Shown piece by piece: positions 1-10,352 of a stretch of DNA of 63,429 nucleotides. Location of the stretch: assembly GCA_015492435.1 (NCBI GenBank), contig WGFB01000009.1:1-63429 (forward strand), read 5' to 3'. The first letter of the stretch is position 1. Each line of letters begins with the position of its first letter. The notes below the pieces were generated by a model. That model was not told the DNA's origin. It was given only the letters and a program-made list of their open reading frames with translations, and searched no databases. The position numbers were made by a program, and so were the translations under genes. The DNA is from Gammaproteobacteria bacterium. GTDB taxonomy: Bacteria; Pseudomonadota; Gammaproteobacteria; SZUA-140.

Positions 1-127
1 CTGATGAATGGATAAGGGAAAGAACACCCTGAGGAAATGCCTGCATCTCAGCGTGCATCGTATTTTGCCGAACCAGATATTCGGGTTCAAACCTCGAACC
101 GGCGTGTTGTTTCACCGCGTTGAGTGG

Positions 128-148
128 CTAAATCCGACAGGCTCCTAG
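128..148. mobile_element. Terminal inverted repeat of a family-B-like element (rest of element presumably runs off the window start)
   Basis: CTAAATCCGACAGGCTC-CTAG matches the right end of the 49223-49316 element (CTAAGTCCGACAGCCTC-CTAG) with 2 mismatches. Confidence 0.6.
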
Positions 149-307
149 GGAGCCTCTGATTAATTCTGGACCGGATGGATGGCGAGATGAAATGTTCCGG
201 ATCAAGGCGAAAAGCGCAGGTAATAGCATGCTATTGCCAAGCTTTTCAACGCAGAGCCGGGACATTTCAGCCGCCAGACGCCGGTTCATGAATTGATCAG
301 AGGTTCC
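149..307. mobile_element. MITE family A, copy 1 (159 bp, IS5-like ends)
   Basis: TIRs GGAGCCTCTGATTAATT / AATTGATCAGAGGTTCC, flanked by CTAG on both sides; near-identical copies at 12662-12820 and 43499-43657. Confidence 0.9.
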
Positions 308-401
308 CTAGCCGCTTTCTCCCAAGTGGAAGGGAAATCGCGCAGGGCATTCTGGCGAAAAAGGCGGATCGGTCAACCTCAGTTCTAAGGACTTTGTCGA
401 A

Positions 402-1172
402 ATGTTCAAAATCGCCACCTGGAATGTCAATTCCCTGCGCGTGCGCCTGCCCCATGTGCTGAAATGGCTGGAAACGGCCCGGCCGGACATGCTGACGCTG
501 CAGGAAACCAAGCTTCAGGACGGGGATTTTCCCGCCGCCGACTTCGAGAGCATGGGCTACCAGTGTCTCTTCAGCGGGCAGAAGACCTACAATGGCGTGG
601 CCATGCTCAGTCGCGGAGCGGCGGACGACGTGGTCACCGCGCTGCCGGGCATGGACGATCCCCAGAAACGCCTGCTGTGCGCCACCGTGGACGGCATCCG
701 CGTCGTCAATGTCTACGTACCCAACGGGGCGAGCGTCGGGTCGGACAAATACGCGTACAAGCTGCAATGGCTGCGGAATCTCGCCGCCTTCATCCAGGCC
801 CAGCTGCAACAGCATCCCCGCCTCGTCCTGCTGGGCGATTTCAATATCGCGCCCGGGGACGAGGACGTGCACGACCCGGAGCAATGGCGGGAAAAAATCC
901 TCTGCAGCACCCCGGAGCGAGCAGCCTTTCAGGCCCTGCTGGACACGGGCCTGGAGGATACTTACCGCCTCTTTCCCCGCGAGGAACGGGAATTCAGCTG
1001 GTGGGACTATCGCATGGCGGCCTTCCGCCGCAACCTGGGCCTGCGCATCGATCTCATCCTGGCGAGCCGGCCCCTAGCCGCCCTGTGTTCATCGAGCACC
1101 ATCGACAAGGAGCCCCGGCGCTGGGAACGGCCCTCCGACCACACGCCGGTCATGGCCGAGTTCGATGTCTGA
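402..1172 (+). CDS. xth: Exodeoxyribonuclease III (AP endonuclease)
   Basis: Motifs KIATWNVNS, LQETK, VYVPNG, GDFN, RIDLIL, SDHTPV. Confidence 0.95.
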   Translation: MFKIATWNVNSLRVRLPHVLKWLETARPDMLTLQETKLQDGDFPAADFESMGYQCLFSGQKTYNGVAMLSRGAADDVVTALPGMDDPQKRLLCATVDGIRVVNVYVPNGASVGSDKYAYKLQWLRNLAAFIQAQLQQHPRLVLLGDFNIAPGDEDVHDPEQWREKILCSTPERAAFQALLDTGLEDTYRLFPREEREFSWWDYRMAAFRRNLGLRIDLILASRPLAALCSSSTIDKEPRRWERPSDHTPVMAEFDV

Positions 1173-4164
1173 CAACTCGCCTGCCGCTTCATCAGCGCCA
1201 CGGTCACGCCCGCGCCGGTCCCTCAAATGGCTGGCCTGGGCCGTGGGCCTGTACGCCGCGGCCGGTTTCCTCCTCGCGCCCTACCTGCTGAGAAACCTGC
1301 TGCTGGATTTCATTCACGAAGACCTGCAACGGGATGGCACGGTCATCGAGGTCAAGATCAACCCCTTCGACCTCTCCCTCAACGTGTGGGGATTCAGGAT
1401 CGATGAAACCGACGGCACGCCCCTGCTGGCCTTCAACGAGCTGAATATCGACTTCAGCCTGGCGTCCCTGCTCAACCGCGCCTGGACCTTCGAGGAATTC
1501 CGCCTCGTACGGCCCTACGTCAATACCGTCATCAGGACGGACGGCACGGTCAATCTCACGGGGCTGGGAGACAACCTGAACAAAGAAACTGAAACGGATC
1601 CGGCCCCTGCATCCGGGGCTGGAATCCCGCGGCTGATATTCCGGAACATACTCATTGCGGACGGCCGGCTGGATTATCAGGATCTCACCCATCCGGCCCG
1701 CTATGCCGCCTCCCTCAAGCCCCTGAACCTGAAACTGGACGATTTCAGCACCCTCCCCGACCGGGAAGGCCGCTACGGCTTTAGCGCCACCCTGGGCGAT
1801 GGCGGACGCCTGCGGTGGTCGGGCAACGTGGCCCTCGTCCCCCCGCGCTCCAGCGGCACCCTGGAAATCAGCGGGGTGAAGGTCGCCACCCTGTGGCGCT
1901 ATTTCCAGCATCGGGTCAATTTCATTGCGGACGAGGGCGCCCTCGCCATGCGCGGCGACTATGCCCTGGCCATGGGACCCGGCGACAGCACCGTGGCCAT
2001 CGACGACGCCCGCCTGGAACTGGCCGGTCTGACCGTCAGAAAGCCAGGAGAGGCAGGCCCCCTGCTGACGCTCCCCCTGCTCCAGGTCGAGGGCATCGCC
2101 ATCCGCTGGCCGGAGCAGAAGGCCCGTATCGATACCATCCGGCTCACCGATACGGCCGTGCGTGCCGTGCTGGATGCCCAGGGCGAACTCGACTGGCAGC
2201 GGCTCGTGAAGACCGCGGACACCGCCACGGATACCCCACCCCCGGCCCAGGGCAAGGAGGACACCGCCCCGGTGCCCTGGCGCGTGACCATCGGCGACTT
2301 TCTGCTGCGGAACTTCACGGCCGGGCTTGCCGACCGCAGCGCCCTGCCCCGGGCCGATGTCACCCTGGATGCGCTGGACCTGCGCCTCAGCCACATCGAC
2401 AGCGCGTCCGGCTCACAGTTCGAACTCGACCTGAAGACCCGGGTCAACAAGGGGGGCGAGGTGCGCGTCACGGGCCAGGTGGGCGCCCTGCCCCCGGCGT
2501 CGGCCCTTCAGATCCAGGCCAGGGGCGTGCCGCTGAAACCCTTTCAGCCCTATGTCGCCAGGGCCGCGCGCCTCAAGCTGCGCTCCGGGGAACTGCATCT
2601 CGACGGCCAACTCGCCTACGGGGAAGACGGGGCCGCTCCCGATCTGCGTTTCACGGGCCGCGCCGGCATTGACCGTTTCGACAGCCGGGATACCCTCACG
2701 GGCCAGCGCTTCCTGGCCTGGAAGGCATTGCGCCTCGATGGGCTGGACCTTGCACTGTCACCGGATCATCTGGATATCGACACCATCGACAGTGAAGGCC
2801 TCTATGCCCGAATCGTCATCGCGGAGGATGGCAGCCTCAATATCAGCCATGTCCTGCAAAGCGATAGCGGGGAGGAAAAACAAGATCCTCCCGTGGAATC
2901 TCCGCCGTCAGGGAAGCCATTGCCCGTGAAGATCGGCCGCGTGCGCCTGAAAGGCGCATCCGCCCACTTTGCCGACCTGAGCCTCAAGCCCCGCTTCGCC
3001 ACCGCCATCCACAGCCTCGATGGGGAAATCGCCGGACTGTCCTCGGCGGCGCCCGCGCGCGCGGACGTCTATATCGACGGCAAGGTGGACAATCACGGCA
3101 CTGTCGCCATCCGGGGCAGGATCAATCCCCTCAGCGAGGACAAGTACACCGATCTCGATGTCAGGTTCGGCAATATCGAACTGACCACCTTCACCCCCTA
3201 TTCCGGCAAGTTCGCCGGCTACGTCATCGACAAGGGCAAGCTCGACCTGGCTCTCAACTACCAGGTCTCGCAACAGAAGCTGGTGGGCAAGAACCGTATC
3301 GTGCTCAATCAACTGACCCTGGGGGAACACACGGACAGCCCCGATGCCGTATCCCTGCCCATCAAGCTGGCCATCGCCCTCATGAAGGATGCCAACGGGC
3401 GCATCGATATCAACCTGCCCGTGGAGGGCGACCTGGACGACCCCGAGTTCCGCTACGGCCATCTCATCGGCAAGGCCCTGCTCAAGCTGATCACGGGCAT
3501 CGTCACCTCACCCTTCAAATTTCTGGGCAGCCTGTTGGGCGTGGATGGCGGCGAGCTGGAATACGCGCAGTTCGAACCCGGCAGCGACCGCCTCCCGCAG
3601 GACGAGCGGGAGAAGGCCCTCAAGGTTGCCGAGGCCTTGAAAATGCGCCCTCAACTGGACCTGGAGATCCGCGGCGCCCATGACCCGGCGCGGGACGGCC
3701 TCGCCCTCAAGACCGGGAAACTGGAGAAGCGCATCCTCCTGCGCCTGGGAGACAGCACTGCCGTCAACACCTCCCCGCAGGAGGCGCAGGAACAGATGCT
3801 GGGCATCCTGGAAACACTCTACGAGGAACAGTTCGGCGCCACGCAGCGCGCCCAGCTCGAGGCCGGTTTCACCCTTCCCGCACAAGAAGCGCCCGGAAAG
3901 AAGAAACCCTGGGGACGCAAGCCCGCCCAACCCCGGATCGACCAGGCGGCCTATCTCGCCGCCCTGAGAAACCGGCTCATCGATGTCCAGCCCCTGGCGG
4001 CGGGAGAGCTGCGCCTGCTGGCCCAGGCGCGCGCCATGGCGGTGATGGACATCCTCGTGGCGGAAGGCGGCATCGAAGGCACGCGCATCTATATCCTCGA
4101 ACCCCAGACGGACGGCGGGCGCGCCGGCGAGATGAAGGCCCATCTGAGTCTCACTGCCAAGTGA
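1165..4164 (+). CDS. DUF748-family envelope protein, N-terminal membrane anchor, repeated beta-rich domains, C-terminal OmpA-like region
   Basis: 999 aa ORF; N-terminal hydrophobic segment; C-terminal DANGRIDINLPVEGDLDDPEF and RPQLDLEIRG..D motifs as recalled for DUF748 proteins. Confidence 0.8.
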   Translation: MSDNSPAASSAPRSRPRRSLKWLAWAVGLYAAAGFLLAPYLLRNLLLDFIHEDLQRDGTVIEVKINPFDLSLNVWGFRIDETDGTPLLAFNELNIDFSLASLLNRAWTFEEFRLVRPYVNTVIRTDGTVNLTGLGDNLNKETETDPAPASGAGIPRLIFRNILIADGRLDYQDLTHPARYAASLKPLNLKLDDFSTLPDREGRYGFSATLGDGGRLRWSGNVALVPPRSSGTLEISGVKVATLWRYFQHRVNFIADEGALAMRGDYALAMGPGDSTVAIDDARLELAGLTVRKPGEAGPLLTLPLLQVEGIAIRWPEQKARIDTIRLTDTAVRAVLDAQGELDWQRLVKTADTATDTPPPAQGKEDTAPVPWRVTIGDFLLRNFTAGLADRSALPRADVTLDALDLRLSHIDSASGSQFELDLKTRVNKGGEVRVTGQVGALPPASALQIQARGVPLKPFQPYVARAARLKLRSGELHLDGQLAYGEDGAAPDLRFTGRAGIDRFDSRDTLTGQRFLAWKALRLDGLDLALSPDHLDIDTIDSEGLYARIVIAEDGSLNISHVLQSDSGEEKQDPPVESPPSGKPLPVKIGRVRLKGASAHFADLSLKPRFATAIHSLDGEIAGLSSAAPARADVYIDGKVDNHGTVAIRGRINPLSEDKYTDLDVRFGNIELTTFTPYSGKFAGYVIDKGKLDLALNYQVSQQKLVGKNRIVLNQLTLGEHTDSPDAVSLPIKLAIALMKDANGRIDINLPVEGDLDDPEFRYGHLIGKALLKLITGIVTSPFKFLGSLLGVDGGELEYAQFEPGSDRLPQDEREKALKVAEALKMRPQLDLEIRGAHDPARDGLALKTGKLEKRILLRLGDSTAVNTSPQEAQEQMLGILETLYEEQFGATQRAQLEAGFTLPAQEAPGKKKPWGRKPAQPRIDQAAYLAALRNRLIDVQPLAAGELRLLAQARAMAVMDILVAEGGIEGTRIYILEPQTDGGRAGEMKAHLSLTAK

Positions 4165-4318
4165 ACCCGACAGTTGCATGAATGCGTGTGACGACCCCAG
4201 GCGTTGGCGTCGCACCAGGTTTTATCCTGGCGGAAGGTACAAGATACAAGATTCAAGATACAAAAGGCTGCCTCACTTGTATCTTGTACCTTGAACCTTG
4301 TACCTTTCACAATCCCAG
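4165..4318 (+). repeat. Composite repeat family C, copy 1
   Basis: AACCCGACAGTTGCAT + GTGACGAC..GGCGTTGGCGTCGCACCAGG + 4x AAG(G/A)T(A/T)C ... 4x TTG(T/A)A(T/C)C + TTTCACAATCCCA. Confidence 0.85.
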
Positions 4319-4407
4319 TCCGCAATCCTAACCAGGATGGCGGGCCGGGTTGTGGACGCAAGCCCCTCTCTTGTATCTTGTAGCCTTGCATCAACCGCGG
4401 ACGGGCC

Positions 4408-5877
4408 ATGACCTACAAAGACCTGCGCGATTTCATTCGCCAACTGGAAAAACTGGGAGAACTCAAGCGCATCACCGCGGAAGTGGATCCCCGCCTGGAG
4501 ATGACGGAGATCTGCGACCGCACACTGCGCCGCCACGGTCCCGCCCTGCTGTTCGAGAACCCCAAGGGGCATGACATCCCCGTCCTGGGCAACCTGTTCG
4601 GCACCCCCCACCGGGTGGCGCTGGGAATGGGCGAGGAATCCGTGGAGGCCCTGCGCGAGGTGGGCAAATTGCTGGCCTATCTCAAGGAGCCCGATCCCCC
4701 CAAGGGGATCAGAGACGCGTGGGACAAGCTGCCCGTGCTCCGGCAGGTCATGAATATGTCCCCCAAGGTGCTCGGCCGCGCCCCCTGCCAGGAAGTGGTG
4801 GTGGAGGGCGAGGAGGTGGACCTGGGCAGGATCCCCATACAGACCTGCTGGCCCGGGGACGCCGCGCCCCTCATCACCTGGGCGCTGGTGGTCACCAAGG
4901 GGCCGCGCAAGGCGCGGCAGAATCTCGGCATCTACCGCCAGCAGGTCATCGGCCGCAACAAGGTCATCATGCGCTGGCTGTCCCACCGCGGCGGGGCGCT
5001 GGACTTCCGCGACTGGCAACAGGCCCACCCCGGCAAGCCCTTTCCCGTCGCCGTGGCCCTGGGGGCCGACCCCGCCACCATTCTCGGCGCCGTGACCCCC
5101 GTCCCGGACACCCTCTCCGAATATGCCTTCGCGGCCCTGTTGCGGGGCGCCAAGACGGAGGTGACCCAGTGCATGGGGCTGGACCTGCAGGTGCCCGCCC
5201 ATGCCGAATTCATCCTGGAAGGCCACATCGCGCCGGGCGAGGAGGCCCCGGAGGGCCCCTTCGGCGACCATACGGGCTATTACAACGAGGTGGACACCTT
5301 CCCGGTGTTCACCATCGAGCGCATCACCCACCGCAGGCAACCCATCTACCACAGCACCTACACGGGCCGCCCGCCGGACGAGCCGGCGGTGCTGGGTGTG
5401 GCCCTCAACGAGGTCTTCATCCCCATCCTGCAGAAACAGTTCCCGGAGATCTGCGACTTCTATCTCCCCCCCGAGGGCTGTTCCTACCGCCTGGCGTGCA
5501 TCAGTATCAGGAAACAGTACCCGGGGCACGCCAAGCGCATCATGTTCGGCCTGTGGTCCTTCCTGCGCCAGTTCATGTACACCAAGTTCATCATCGTCAC
5601 CGACGACGACGTGGACATCCGCAACTGGCAGGATGTCATCTGGGCCATGACCACGCGCATGGACCCCGTGCGCGACACCACCCTGGTGGAGAACACGCCC
5701 ATCGACTACCTGGATTTCGCCTCGCCCGTCTCCGGGCTGGGCGGCAAGATGGGCTTCGACGCCACCAACAAGTGGCCGGGGGAGACCCAGCGCGAATGGG
5801 GCCGCCCCATCGCCATGAGCCGGGAGATCATCCAGCGCGTGGATGCCTTGTGGGACGAACTGGGTATTGATGATTGA
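4408..5877 (+). CDS. ubiD: 4-hydroxy-3-polyprenylbenzoate decarboxylase
   Basis: [10 protein letters not shown] start; [28 protein letters not shown] motifs. Confidence 0.95.
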   Translation: MTYKDLRDFIRQLEKLGELKRITAEVDPRLEMTEICDRTLRRHGPALLFENPKGHDIPVLGNLFGTPHRVALGMGEESVEALREVGKLLAYLKEPDPPKGIRDAWDKLPVLRQVMNMSPKVLGRAPCQEVVVEGEEVDLGRIPIQTCWPGDAAPLITWALVVTKGPRKARQNLGIYRQQVIGRNKVIMRWLSHRGGALDFRDWQQAHPGKPFPVAVALGADPATILGAVTPVPDTLSEYAFAALLRGAKTEVTQCMGLDLQVPAHAEFILEGHIAPGEEAPEGPFGDHTGYYNEVDTFPVFTIERITHRRQPIYHSTYTGRPPDEPAVLGVALNEVFIPILQKQFPEICDFYLPPEGCSYRLACISIRKQYPGHAKRIMFGLWSFLRQFMYTKFIIVTDDDVDIRNWQDVIWAMTTRMDPVRDTTLVENTPIDYLDFASPVSGLGGKMGFDATNKWPGETQREWGRPIAMSREIIQRVDALWDELGIDD

Positions 5878-6019
5878 GCGAAGAGGACCGTCAGCCGATA
5901 ACGGGTAAAGAGCGCTTGAAATCTCCGCCACTACGCCGGATCCGGGGATCCTTCACTTCCAGGGAAAGAGGCGGGATGAGGAAAAACATTCGTGGGTAAC
6001 CAGCGATTGAGCCAACACC

Positions 6020-7210
6020 ATGCTGTGGTGGTCGAAAAAAGAACAGCCTGACCTCAAGACGGCGCTGGTGCTGCCGGGCGGCGGGGCGCGTGGCGCCTAC
6101 CAGGTGGGGGTGCTGCGCGCCATCGCCCATCTCCTGCCCAAGGACGCCCCCACCCCCTTCCCCATCATCACCGGCACCTCGGCCGGCTCCATCAATGCCA
6201 CGGCCCTGGCCATCCATGCCGAACATTTCCGCCGCGGGGTGCTGCTCATCAGCCGGGTGTGGGGCAATTTTCACGTCGACCAGGTCTTCCGCTCCGATTC
6301 CCTGGGACTCATGCGCACCGGGGCGCACTGGCTGACGGCCCTGATGGTCGGCGGGCTGGGCAAACGCAATCCCGTATCCCTGCTGGACCGTGCGCCCCTG
6401 GTGCCCCTGCTGCAACGCTACCTGCCCTGTAACAGGATCCAGGACGCCATCGATTCCGGCGCGCTGCACGCCCTGGGCATCACGGCCAACAGCTACGACA
6501 CCGGTCATTCGGTGACCTTCTTCCAGGGCGTCGATGCCCTGGAGCCCTGGGACCGGCACCGGAGGGTGGGCTATCCCGCGCGCATCACCATCGACCATCT
6601 CATGGCCTCGTCGGCCATCCCCTTCATGTTCTCGGCGGTCAAGATCGGCAATGAATACTTTGGTGACGGTTCCATGCGCCAGATCGCCCCCCTCAGCCCG
6701 GCGGTGCATCTGGGCGCCAACAAGATCCTGGTGGTGGGCATCCGCAAACGCCAGACCGGTCCCGAGGACTATCGCAACCGCAACGGCTACCCTACCCTGG
6801 CGGAGATCGCGGGCAACATCCTGGACAGCATTTTTCTCGACAGCCTGGATACGGACCTGGAGCGCCTGCAGCGCATCAACAAGACCATCAGCCTGATTCC
6901 CGACCGGCGCCTCGAACAGGGCGGCGTCACCCTGCGCCCCCTCGACGTGCTGAGAATCTCGCCCAGCCAGAGCATCGACAAGATCGCCGAGCGCTATGTG
7001 CACCTGCTGCCCAAGCCCCTCATCTACCTGCTGCGGGGGGTGGGCGCCATGGGCGGGCATGGCGCGACCCTGATCAGCTATCTGCTGTTCGAGAAGCAGT
7101 TCTGCCGCGAATTGATGGCCCTGGGATTCCGCGACGCCATGGCCCGGCGGGAGGACATCGTCCAGTTCCTGGAGCTGGAGGAGCCCGGCGCCAGCCAGGC
7201 CTCTCCATAA
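6020..7210 (+). CDS. Patatin-like phospholipase
   Basis: GGGARG loop, GTSAG nucleophile motif, DG(S) catalytic Asp motif. Confidence 0.9.
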   Translation: MLWWSKKEQPDLKTALVLPGGGARGAYQVGVLRAIAHLLPKDAPTPFPIITGTSAGSINATALAIHAEHFRRGVLLISRVWGNFHVDQVFRSDSLGLMRTGAHWLTALMVGGLGKRNPVSLLDRAPLVPLLQRYLPCNRIQDAIDSGALHALGITANSYDTGHSVTFFQGVDALEPWDRHRRVGYPARITIDHLMASSAIPFMFSAVKIGNEYFGDGSMRQIAPLSPAVHLGANKILVVGIRKRQTGPEDYRNRNGYPTLAEIAGNILDSIFLDSLDTDLERLQRINKTISLIPDRRLEQGGVTLRPLDVLRISPSQSIDKIAERYVHLLPKPLIYLLRGVGAMGGHGATLISYLLFEKQFCRELMALGFRDAMARREDIVQFLELEEPGASQASP

Positions 7211-7246
7211 CCTGCATTTCTTGCTTGGAGGCGGTCGGAATAACCC

Positions 7247-7624
7247 TCAATCCTTGGGTACCACCTCGAAGGGCAGGACCTGGGCCCTGGACGCGGGTGT
7301 TTCCTGGCGGGAGGCGGCCGCCAACTGGGCCGAGGTGTTGGCGTGGAGGGCGCTCAACAGGCCGTTTTCCCCGTAAACGGAGTTCCACATTTTCTTGTAG
7401 ATATGGATCATGGACTGGGTGGGATTGCCGCAGTGCTTTCTTTCCATGTCCACGCGCCACTGCAGGCCGGTGAGCCGGTGCTGCATGGGCTTGGGCGCCT
7501 TGGCGATCTCAGCCTGGAGCACCTTTTTACGCTGGATCTCGAAGGCCTCGGGGTTGGTCTCGGCCAGTTTCTTCCACGCATCGAAATTGAAACGCGATTT
7601 TTCTTTCCGTCGTCTGAGCGTCAT
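7247..7624 (-). CDS. DUF3135-like protein
   Basis: FDAWKKLAETNPEAFE...RLTGLQWRVD pattern recalled for DUF3135; GAGG upstream of ATG. Confidence 0.7.
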   Translation of the reverse strand: MTLRRRKEKSRFNFDAWKKLAETNPEAFEIQRKKVLQAEIAKAPKPMQHRLTGLQWRVDMERKHCGNPTQSMIHIYKKMWNSVYGENGLLSALHANTSAQLAAASRQETPASRAQVLPFEVVPKD

Positions 7625-7849
7625 GGGTCAACCTCACTTTCGCTATATATTCAGGTCGCATTTGAACAAATGCCATTGAATTATAACATAAATTCCATGG
7701 GAATTGCGACAGGATCATGCTCCCGAGGCTATTTCCGCCAGTCCGGGCCGGCTCAAGACGAAATACCGCAGGCAGCGATGCGGGAAGGGGCGCATGCTGT
7801 TAGACTGGCCTCAGAATTCTGATATATGGAGAACAGAGAGAATCGACCG

Positions 7850-8098
7850 ATGAGCATTCCCATCAAAGCCAAGAACGTTGGGTCACCTGACCCAGAGCTG
7901 AAGACCTCCCCCATCATGGAGGGAACGGATTACAGCGCCGAAGATCTCGCCCAGGAGGCCGCGGAACTGCCGGTCTGTTATTTCAACAATATCGGCTACA
8001 AACACGGCACCTATGTGTGCAGCGGCAGCGGTGAACTGCTGCGCTGCGACAAGGGGATCTGGGTGCAGGTGGGGAGCTGCGACCCGGACAATCCCTGA
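7850..8098 (+). CDS. Small Cys-containing protein, DUF1496-like
   Basis: C-terminal CYFNNIGYKHGTYVC..LLRCDKGIW pattern; start placed at ATG 7850 (7826 also possible). Confidence 0.65.
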   Translation: MSIPIKAKNVGSPDPELKTSPIMEGTDYSAEDLAQEAAELPVCYFNNIGYKHGTYVCSGSGELLRCDKGIWVQVGSCDPDNP

Positions 8099-8111
8099 CG
8101 GGCAGCGCCGC

Positions 8112-9998
8112 TCAGGGGGCCGCCGATCCGTCGAAATAGGCGGGGCTCAAGCCGGCCGCGCCAGGATCGTCGTGCACATCAGGCTCTGAGGAATCCGTCC
8201 CCGTGCCGGGGCCGCGCAGGGGACGGCCCGCCATGATGTCCAGAATCTGTTCCTTGTCCAGGGTCTCGTATTCCATCAGCGCCGCCGCCATGCGATGCAG
8301 GGTGTCGATATGCTTCTTGAGGATCTTCCTGGAGACAGCATAGTTCTTCTGGATGAGCGCCTTGATCTCCGCGTCGATGGCCTCCGCCGTGCTGGCGGCC
8401 ATGCTCTTCTCGCTGTGACCCTGCCCCAGAAAGCCCGCCCCTTCCTCCTCCGCGTAGGCGAGGGGGCCGACGATGGAAGACAAGCCCCACTTCTTGACCA
8501 TGTTGGTGGCCAGTTCGGTGGCGCGCTTGATGTCGTTGCTGGCGCCGGTGGTCACTGAATCGTCCCCGTAGATCAACTCCTCCGCCACCCGGCCGCCGAA
8601 GAGGCTGGCCAGTTGGCTCTCAAGGCGGCGCTTGCTGTAGCTGACGCGGTCCTCTTCCGGGAGGTACAGGGTGACGCCCAGGGCGCGCCCGCGGGGGATG
8701 ATGCTCACCTTATGCACAGGATCGTGCTCCGGCACCGACAGGCCGACGATGGTGTGTCCCGCCTCGTGATAGGCCGTGAGACGCTTCTCCTCCTCGCTCA
8801 GCACCATGGAACGGCGCTCAGCACCCATGAGGATCTTGTCCTTGGCGTGCTCGAAGTCGGCCATGGTGACCTCTTCACGGCGCGCGCGCGCCGCGATGAG
8901 GGCTGCCTCGTTGACCAGGTTGGCAAGCTCGGCGCCCGAGAATCCCGGCGTGCCGCGCGCGATTTGGGTAATATCGATGGACTCGCCCAGGGCGATCTTG
9001 CGCAGATGCACCTTGAGTATCTGTTCCCGGCCGCGGATGTCCGGCAGGGGAATGGTGACCTGGCGGTCGAAGCGGCCGGGACGCAACAGGGCCTTGTCCA
9101 GCACGTCGGGGCGGTTGGTGGCGGCGATGACGATGATGCCCTCCGTGCCCTCGAAGCCGTCCATTTCCACCAGGAGCTGATTGAGGGTCTGCTCTCGTTC
9201 GTCGTTACCGCCCCCGATGCCGCTGCCGCGCTTGCGGCCCACGGCGTCGATCTCATCGATGAACACGATGCAGGGCGCCGCCTTCTTGGCCTCCGCAAAC
9301 AGGTCCCTGACCCGCGAGGCGCCCACGCCCACGAACATCTCCACGAAATCGGAACCGGAAATGGAGAAAAAGGGCACTTCCGCCTCGCCGGCGATGGCCT
9401 TGGCCAGCAGGGTCTTGCCCGTTCCCGGCGACCCCACCATGAGCACGCCGCGCGGGATGCGTCCGCCCACCTTGTTGAAACGCTCGGCATTGCGCAGGAA
9501 ATCCACGATCTCGGCCACTTCCTCCTTGGCCTCCTCGATGCCGGCCACGTCGGCAAAGCGCACCTTCACCTCGCCCGCCTTGAACTCACGCGACTTGGAC
9601 TTGCCGAACTTGACCGCCCCGCCGCGGCTGCCGCCCTGCATGCGCCTCATGTAATAAATCCACACGGCGATGAGCAACAGTATGGGAAACCAGGACAACA
9701 GGATCTGCGCCAGGCCGGAGCCCTTGGGCGCGGCGGTAATCCTGACATTGTGCTCGATGAGATCGCCCATCAGGCCGGGATCGTTGGGTGTGTCGGTCTT
9801 GAAGGGAACGTTGTTGGTGGTACGGCCATAGATGACACCGTCATCGATGAACACTTCCGTGACCTCGTCGTTGGCCAGCTTGTTCAGGAAGTCCGAATAG
9901 GAGATGTTGGCATTGGACTTGACCTTGACCCCCGACATCAGCAATGCCATAAACATGACACCCAGTATCACCATGCCCGCCAGGAATTTGTTGCTCAT
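8112..9998 (-). CDS. ftsH: ATP-dependent zinc metalloprotease FtsH
   Basis: Two N-terminal TM segments, Walker A GSPGTGKT, Walker [35 protein letters not shown]. Confidence 0.95.
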   Translation of the reverse strand: MSNKFLAGMVILGVMFMALLMSGVKVKSNANISYSDFLNKLANDEVTEVFIDDGVIYGRTTNNVPFKTDTPNDPGLMGDLIEHNVRITAAPKGSGLAQILLSWFPILLLIAVWIYYMRRMQGGSRGGAVKFGKSKSREFKAGEVKVRFADVAGIEEAKEEVAEIVDFLRNAERFNKVGGRIPRGVLMVGSPGTGKTLLAKAIAGEAEVPFFSISGSDFVEMFVGVGASRVRDLFAEAKKAAPCIVFIDEIDAVGRKRGSGIGGGNDEREQTLNQLLVEMDGFEGTEGIIVIAATNRPDVLDKALLRPGRFDRQVTIPLPDIRGREQILKVHLRKIALGESIDITQIARGTPGFSGAELANLVNEAALIAARARREEVTMADFEHAKDKILMGAERRSMVLSEEEKRLTAYHEAGHTIVGLSVPEHDPVHKVSIIPRGRALGVTLYLPEEDRVSYSKRRLESQLASLFGGRVAEELIYGDDSVTTGASNDIKRATELATNMVKKWGLSSIVGPLAYAEEEGAGFLGQGHSEKSMAASTAEAIDAEIKALIQKNYAVSRKILKKHIDTLHRMAAALMEYETLDKEQILDIMAGRPLRGPGTGTDSSEPDVHDDPGAAGLSPAYFDGSAAP

Positions 9999-10261
9999 TG
10001 CATGATCCTCCTCTGGATTCGATGCGGCAATGGGAGCAAGTGGTATCCTGTTGAAATCCCGACTGATTCAGTTGGAAACCAATACAGGCAACCGGCAGAC
10101 GCAAACACCGGGATCTGCCTCCATCTGGCCAGATGCAAGCCGCTCCATCGCTTTATCTCTCAATGGAGCAAAACTCATACCAGATGGAGGCTAGCCCATA
10201 TTTCTCTCCAGGATGGCGGGCATATCGGAAAAAGGCTCCGGCAGGGGCGCCGGCCCGGTAA

Positions 10262-10296
10262 GGTGGTGCGCAGCCCTCAAGGGCCTGCGCACCACC
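10262..10296. repeat. Strong isolated hairpin
   Basis: GGTGGTGCGCAG(CCC)...(GGG)C-CTGCGCACCACC; no U-tract. Confidence 0.5.
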
Positions 10297-10352
10297 CGCC
10301 CGGTGTGCCGTGGAACTGACATTGCGGATGACTGACCCGCAAGAGGCCCTCT

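Noticed and set aside
8-148. Short ORF ending at the TAG in the family-B-like end as a transposase C-terminus
   Set aside because: No transposase motif recognisable and a stop lies just upstream; cannot be assigned without more sequence
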